Source of the DNA: Bacteroidetes bacterium HGW-Bacteroidetes-6
GTDB taxonomy: Bacteria > Bacteroidota > Bacteroidia > Bacteroidales > DTU049
Assembly: GCA_002842495.1 (NCBI GenBank)
Contig: PHDB01000011.1
Span: forward strand, 4,210 to 68,209
Length of the DNA: 64,000 nucleotides
Direction of reading: 5' to 3'
Below, in pieces: positions 59,969 to 64,000 of this stretch. Position numbers and translations under genes: made by a program. The notes below the pieces were generated by a model. The model saw only the letters and a program-made list of their open reading frames with translations, had not been told where the DNA came from and searched no databases. Each line of letters starts with the position of its first letter. Position 1 is the stretch's first letter.

Positions 59969-60134
59969 ATTTTTTATTTTCTTTCTTTTTTTTTGCTCGC
60001 CCGGCCTTTATCAGAGCCTGATGCAAAATCCATTCAATCTGTCCGTTCGATGAACGGAATTCATCGGCAGCCCAAGCCTCGATGGCTTTAAGAATTTCGT
60101 CGTCAACCCGCAATGGAAATGCTTTTTTTGCCAT
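59967..60134 (-). CDS. Arc/MetJ-type ribbon-helix-helix DNA-binding protein (55 aa, below the ORF-track size cut-off)
   Basis: My hand translation is MAKKAFPLRVDDEILKAIEAWAADEFRSSNGQIEWILHQALIKAGRAKKKKENKK. This shows the typical Arc-family pattern: a basic N-terminal beta-strand (KKAFPLRV), then helix, RS.N, helix. Its ATG overlaps the stop of the upstream gene (TAATG). Confidence 0.7.
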   Translation of the reverse strand: MAKKAFPLRVDDEILKAIEAWAADEFRSSNGQIEWILHQALIKAGRAKKKKENKK

Positions 60135-60664
60135 TATTTTGTCGGTTGCTTATTGAAACCTAGATTTTCGAGTGTTTTAGCGGCTTGTTTGTGATCGCTG
60201 ATACCCAACAAATACTGTTTGCCATTTTTTAAAACGATGTGAATTCCCCAATGACCTCTTATACTAAACGATTTGATTTGATAAACACGTCGATATCCAC
60301 CTAGTAGACGTTTGTTTTTCTGATTTCTGTACTTTTTCACATATGCAATGACAATATCGTCTTTCTTTAGTTGCGTTGATTTTTTGAATGGTGGCATTTT
60401 AAAAATAATCCCACTTTCGCCGATTGAAACAGTAAGTGTGAGGCGAAGTACCATGAATAGCATAAAAGCAAATGTCAGGTTGAGAAAGACAATCATCCCA
60501 ATAAATATACTCATGGGCATGTTATCGTCGGACAAAGGTTGGTTGTTATATATATTCTGATACAACGAGTATATTCCCCAAACCAGAAAAGATAACCAAA
60601 GCACAATCACTCCGATAATATTTATCGGTTTATTTGCGCTTTGTATCTCGGAAAATGAACTCAT
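60134..60664 (-). CDS. Hypothetical membrane protein (two TM helices plus a basic C-terminal domain)
   Basis: The TM helices are IIGVIVLWLSFLVWGIYSLY and MSIFIGMIVFLNLTFAFMLFMVL. The soluble C-terminus is Lys/Arg-rich. It lies 12 bp downstream of the SPFH gene. Confidence 0.5.
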   Translation of the reverse strand: MSSFSEIQSANKPINIIGVIVLWLSFLVWGIYSLYQNIYNNQPLSDDNMPMSIFIGMIVFLNLTFAFMLFMVLRLTLTVSIGESGIIFKMPPFKKSTQLKKDDIVIAYVKKYRNQKNKRLLGGYRRVYQIKSFSIRGHWGIHIVLKNGKQYLLGISDHKQAAKTLENLGFNKQPTK

Positions 60665-60676
60665 GATATTTGTTGT

Positions 60677-61534
60677 TTAGTACAACGTTCCCGCATTAAT
60701 AATGGGCGTAGTTGCCTTTTCGGATGTGAGAACTACCATCAAATTGCTTACCATCGATGCTTTGCGTTCGTCGTCGAGTTCAATGATGTTCTTTTTGCTC
60801 AATTGATTAAGTGCAAGTTCTACCATACTAACTGCACCTTCAACAATACGTGTACGTGCTGCTATAATAGCTGTTGCCTGCTGGCGTTGCAGCATGGCTC
60901 CGGCAATTTCGGGAGCATATGATAGATTCGAAAGACGAGCTTCGAGAATATCAACTCCTGCAATAGCAAGACGTTCCGAAATTTCGCGCTCAAGCTCGGC
61001 ATTGATTTCATCGCCACCACCACGAAGCGATATTTCTTCCTGTGCATCGTCGAAAGTGTCGTATGGATATGTGTGAGCTAGTTTACGTACTGCTGCTTCG
61101 GTTTGTGTTTTTACGAAAATCTCGTAATTATCAACTTCAAATGCAGCTTTGTACGTATCGCGAATGCGCCAAACCATAACAACACTAATGATAATCGGGT
61201 TACCAAGTTTGTCGTTCACTTTCAACGACTCGCTTTCGAGGTTGCGGGCTCGCAGTGTTATTTTTCTTTTGGCATAAAATGGATTTACCCAAAAAAATCC
61301 GTTTTCGCGGGCAGTTCCCATGTATTTTCCAAAAAGAATCAGTACCATGCTTTCGTTAGGATTGACAACAAAAAGCCCGATAAAACCAAAAATGCTGAGA
61401 AAAGACAACAAGATGGTTAGCATGATTACAAAAAAGTTATTTTGTGCTGAAATAATCGTTAATGGCGATAACAGCATGATGAGGCTTACGAGCAATGCCA
61501 GATAGCCTTTTGAGGGTTTGATGTTTTTTTCCAT
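60677..61534 (-). CDS. SPFH/Band 7 (stomatin/prohibitin-like) domain membrane protein
   Basis: Two N-terminal TM helices are followed by an SPFH core ([53 protein letters not shown]..) and a helical tail with [16 protein letters not shown]. Confidence 0.85.
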   Translation of the reverse strand: MEKNIKPSKGYLALLVSLIMLLSPLTIISAQNNFFVIMLTILLSFLSIFGFIGLFVVNPNESMVLILFGKYMGTARENGFFWVNPFYAKRKITLRARNLESESLKVNDKLGNPIIISVVMVWRIRDTYKAAFEVDNYEIFVKTQTEAAVRKLAHTYPYDTFDDAQEEISLRGGGDEINAELEREISERLAIAGVDILEARLSNLSYAPEIAGAMLQRQQATAIIAARTRIVEGAVSMVELALNQLSKKNIIELDDERKASMVSNLMVVLTSEKATTPIINAGTLY

Positions 61535-61536
61535 TT

Positions 61537-61563
61537 GATATTAAATTGATATCACAAAGATAT
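61537..61563 (-). promoter_or_regulatory. Three GATAT repeats phased at 11 bp that overlap a TATCTTTG -7 box, a candidate operator of the SPFH operon
   Basis: GATAT occurs at 61537-41, 61548-52 and 61559-63 on the plus strand. The two distal copies are part of palindromic GATATC. The minus-strand TATCTTTG (61555-61562) lies 21 bp upstream of the ATG at 61534. Confidence 0.35.
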
Positions 61564-61673
61564 CGTGTAATTTTTAAAAGTCAAGGGTGTTAACATTTTT
61601 ATAACAAAAATGTAGTAAGTAAAAATGAGCTGTTTTACTTTCGGTTCAACCTTTTTCCAAAAATAGATTGAAT

Positions 61674-61700
61674 AAAAAAAGCTCCTCTTGAGGAGCTTTT
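61674..61700 (-). terminator. Terminator after lolA
   Basis: The hairpin GCTCC-N6-GGAGC has A and T flanks. On the minus strand it is followed by a 7-T run, 17 bp downstream of the stop at 61717. Confidence 0.6.
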
Positions 61701-61716
61701 CGGTATAGAATAGCTT

Positions 61717-62355
61717 TTAGCGCATATCATTTTCGGTGATACCCGGAAAATCTTCTTTGTTGAAGACAAAGCGAGAGTCGAATACTTTGGGGTTTGATAC
61801 AAAATTCGATACGATATAAGTGTAAGTAGTACCGTTTTTGTCGTACACTGTCGAAGAATAAACCATGTTTTCTGCTTTATTGATTTCGAGACGCACTTTG
61901 TAAAACGACTGCGCTGTATTTGGAGTTAGGTCAAGAACTTGGATAATCATACCCGCTTTAGGCGTTTCTTTAATAAATTTAGCCTTGTAATTGTCATTAT
62001 ACGAAGTGAGCATCTTGTTGGGAGTGTTCTGATTGTTTGGATCCACGCTATTTATTTGAACTTCGTTTTCTTCTTTGAATACGGTCCAGACTGTTTTCCC
62101 ATCGCATATAACCAACTGATCATCAATGTAAAGTCGATATTTATCGCCTTTAATATAGATGCTGCCAGTTTTGGTTTCTTTAATGTTTTCAGATGTGTTT
62201 TCCATGGTGTAAGCAAATTCGAACTTCATGGTTTCGAGTGCATTCATCTTTGCACTAAGAGCATCGAGAATGGCTTTTGCTTTGGTGTCGGTTTGTGCAT
62301 TGGCGATGCCAATAAAGCAAACAAAAGCTATAAAAATCGTTACAATGTTTTTCAT
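61717..62355 (-). CDS. lolA: LolA-like outer-membrane lipoprotein carrier protein
   Basis: It has a signal peptide. Its size and the position immediately downstream of ftsK (24-bp gap) match the conserved Bacteroidota ftsK-lolA arrangement. The sequence pattern is F.Y......E...G.IY.KG.KY.L. Confidence 0.7.
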   Translation of the reverse strand: MKNIVTIFIAFVCFIGIANAQTDTKAKAILDALSAKMNALETMKFEFAYTMENTSENIKETKTGSIYIKGDKYRLYIDDQLVICDGKTVWTVFKEENEVQINSVDPNNQNTPNKMLTSYNDNYKAKFIKETPKAGMIIQVLDLTPNTAQSFYKVRLEINKAENMVYSSTVYDKNGTTYTYIVSNFVSNPKVFDSRFVFNKEDFPGITENDMR

Positions 62356-62379
62356 ACAAATTCAATTAGGGGGTCAAAA

Positions 62380-64000
62380 TTACTCCAAATTTTTCAAAAA
62401 CTGTTCCAAAAGCTCAAGGTTTCCTACTAAAACGTCGCGGGGCTTACTGCCTTGTGGTGGACCGACGATTCCGGCCATCTCGAGTTGTTCAATAATTCTT
62501 CGTGCACGTGCAAATCCAATGGTTAGTTTGGTCTGAAGAAGCGAAGTGCTTCCCTGGCCGGTCATTACCACAATTCGTGCCGCATCTGAAAACAGCTTGT
62601 CAACTGTTTTCAGATCGGTGTCTTTACCTGTGCCATCGTTTTGATTAACAGGTTCAGGCAATTCGAATGCCGATGAATATCCTTGCTGATCGCCAATAAA
62701 ATTGGTGATATCTTCAATTTCCGGGGTGTCAACAAATGCACATTGCAGACGTAAAACGGTACTTCCGTGCGAATAAAGCATGTCGCCCTGGCCAATCAGC
62801 TGATCGGCTCCATTGCTATCGAGAATAGTTCGACTGTCAACTTTCGATGATACTTTAAATGCAATGCGGGCTGGGAAATTAGCTTTGATTTTTCCTGTAA
62901 TCACATCAACCGATGGTCGTTGTGTTGCTACAATCAAATGAATTCCAACAGCACGAGCTAACTGTGCAATACGAGCTACCGGTAATTCAACTTCTTTGCC
63001 AGCAGTCATAATCAAATCAGCGAACTCATCAATCACCAAAACAACGTAAGGCATGTAATGGTTACCATTTTCAGGATTTAGCTTACGTTCTGTGAATTTT
63101 CGATTATATTCTATAATGTTTTTAGTGCCGGCGTTTTTCAGCAGGTCATAGCGGCTGTCCATAAGCTGAGTAAGCGAAGTGAGTGTCGAAATCACTTTGT
63201 TAACATCAGTAATAATGGCTTCTTCTTCATCGGGGAGCTTGGCAAGAAAATGCTTGTCAATTCTTGAATACATAGCCAGCTCAACTTTTTTAGGATCTAC
63301 AAAAACAAATTTTAGCTGACTTGGATGTTTTTTATACAGAAGACTACAGATAATAGCATTGAGTCCGACCGATTTGCCTTGACCGGTTGCACCGGCAATG
63401 AGTAGGTGGGGGAGTTTTGCCAAATCGGCAACAAAGGGTTCGTTGGTAATGGTTTTCCCCATGGCAAATGGAAGCTCGGCCGAAGTTTCAGTAAAGCGTT
63501 CGCTCTCGAGAAGCGATCTGAGCGAAACAGTTTCGCGCTGCTGATTGGGAACCTCAATGCCAATGGTACCTTTGCCGGGAATAGGTGCAATGATTCGAAT
63601 ACCTAAAGCTGCCAAACTTAAAGCGATGTCGTCTTCGAGATTCTTGATTCTGCTGATTCTGACGCCCGGAGCCGGAACTATTTCGTACATGGTCACCGTT
63701 GGACCAATGGTGGCTTTAATCTTACTGATTTTAATATCGTAATTTGCCAGAGTCTCAACGATACGATTCTTATTGTGCTCGAGCTCCTCACGACTCACCT
63801 TGCTTTCTCCATCGCCACGATCAATTAGCAACGAAGTTGGTGGAATTTTATACTGACTTAGCTCGAGTAATGGGTCGAATAACGTATTGATTCCATAATG
63901 CGCAGTTTCGACATCGGTTTCTTCGATTTTTTCGTTGCTCTGTTGATGAATCTGCGATTCAATTACAAAATCAACATTCTGGTCAGCATTTTTATATTCT
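62380..64000 (-). CDS. ftsK: DNA translocase FtsK/SpoIIIE (linker, motor and gamma domains). The 5' end lies outside the window.
   Basis: The reading frame stays open from the track start (TTG at 63831) to base 64000. The motifs are Y.IPPTSLL, Walker A GATGQGKS, Walker B VLVIDEFADL, ATQRPS and the C-terminal winged-helix gamma domain (TSLLQTKLTIGFARARRIIEQLEMAGIVGP). Confidence 0.9.
   Translation of the reverse strand, partial: EYKNADQNVDFVIESQIHQQSNEKIEETDVETAHYGINTLFDPLLELSQYKIPPTSLLIDRGDGESKVSREELEHNKNRIVETLANYDIKISKIKATIGPTVTMYEIVPAPGVRISRIKNLEDDIALSLAALGIRIIAPIPGKGTIGIEVPNQQRETVSLRSLLESERFTETSAELPFAMGKTITNEPFVADLAKLPHLLIAGATGQGKSVGLNAIICSLLYKKHPSQLKFVFVDPKKVELAMYSRIDKHFLAKLPDEEEAIITDVNKVISTLTSLTQLMDSRYDLLKNAGTKNIIEYNRKFTERKLNPENGNHYMPYVVLVIDEFADLIMTAGKEVELPVARIAQLARAVGIHLIVATQRPSVDVITGKIKANFPARIAFKVSSKVDSRTILDSNGADQLIGQGDMLYSHGSTVLRLQCAFVDTPEIEDITNFIGDQQGYSSAFELPEPVNQNDGTGKDTDLKTVDKLFSDAARIVVMTGQGSTSLLQTKLTIGFARARRIIEQLEMAGIVGPPQGSKPRDVLVGNLELLEQFLKNLE

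Noticed and set aside
1-64000. CRISPR arrays, rRNA or tRNA genes, integrases, transposases, phage or defence-system genes
   Set aside because: I saw no direct-repeat/spacer arrays, no structured-RNA signatures, and no recombinase, transposase, nuclease/ATPase defence-type or reverse-transcriptase ORFs on either strand. The window appears to be non-mobile chromosome.

Overview
This window looks like a chromosomal segment of a Bacteroidota-type genome. The evidence is type A and type B T9SS C-terminal sorting domains, many lipobox lipoproteins, DUF1573 and DUF4476 families, ftsK-lolA synteny, and TAnnTTTG -7 boxes in front of many start codons. I call about 50 protein genes. I saw no rRNA, tRNA, CRISPR array, integrase or transposase. 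Most of the window is housekeeping: class II ribonucleotide reductase (5' partial), rluF, ornithine aminotransferase, a lysine-ketoglutarate-reductase-like enzyme, phosphohexomutase, a three-gene biotin-dependent acyl-CoA carboxylase, ubiE/menG, pdxH, an rfaE-like heptose kinase, an aminotransferase, lolA and ftsK (5' partial). The accessory or unusual content is listed here:
- A 10.7-kb gene for a 3568-aa modular T9SS surface protein, with a divergent transmembrane TPR-LuxR regulator and an unrecognisable cytoplasmic protein next to it.
- Two further T9SS cargo genes: CotH-LTD, and DNRLRE-Ig-SprB with a type B tail.
- A lipoprotein-type rubrerythrin paired with a DUF2231 membrane protein.
- A compact SQR-like / DUF1641 / TusE-DsrC-like / DsrE-like sulfur-trafficking operon, divergent from an FNR-like regulator.
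- An SPFH / membrane protein / Arc-RHH operon whose promoter carries 11-bp-phased GATAT repeats. The 55-aa Arc gene is missing from the ORF track.
- A Fur-box-like operator in front of a di-cluster ferredoxin-domain gene.
- An orphan ThiS.
- An orphan strong terminator with a 38-codon ORF.
No single obvious novel system (defence, mobile or CRISPR-like) is visible. All function calls come from motif recognition by eye, and no database search was run.
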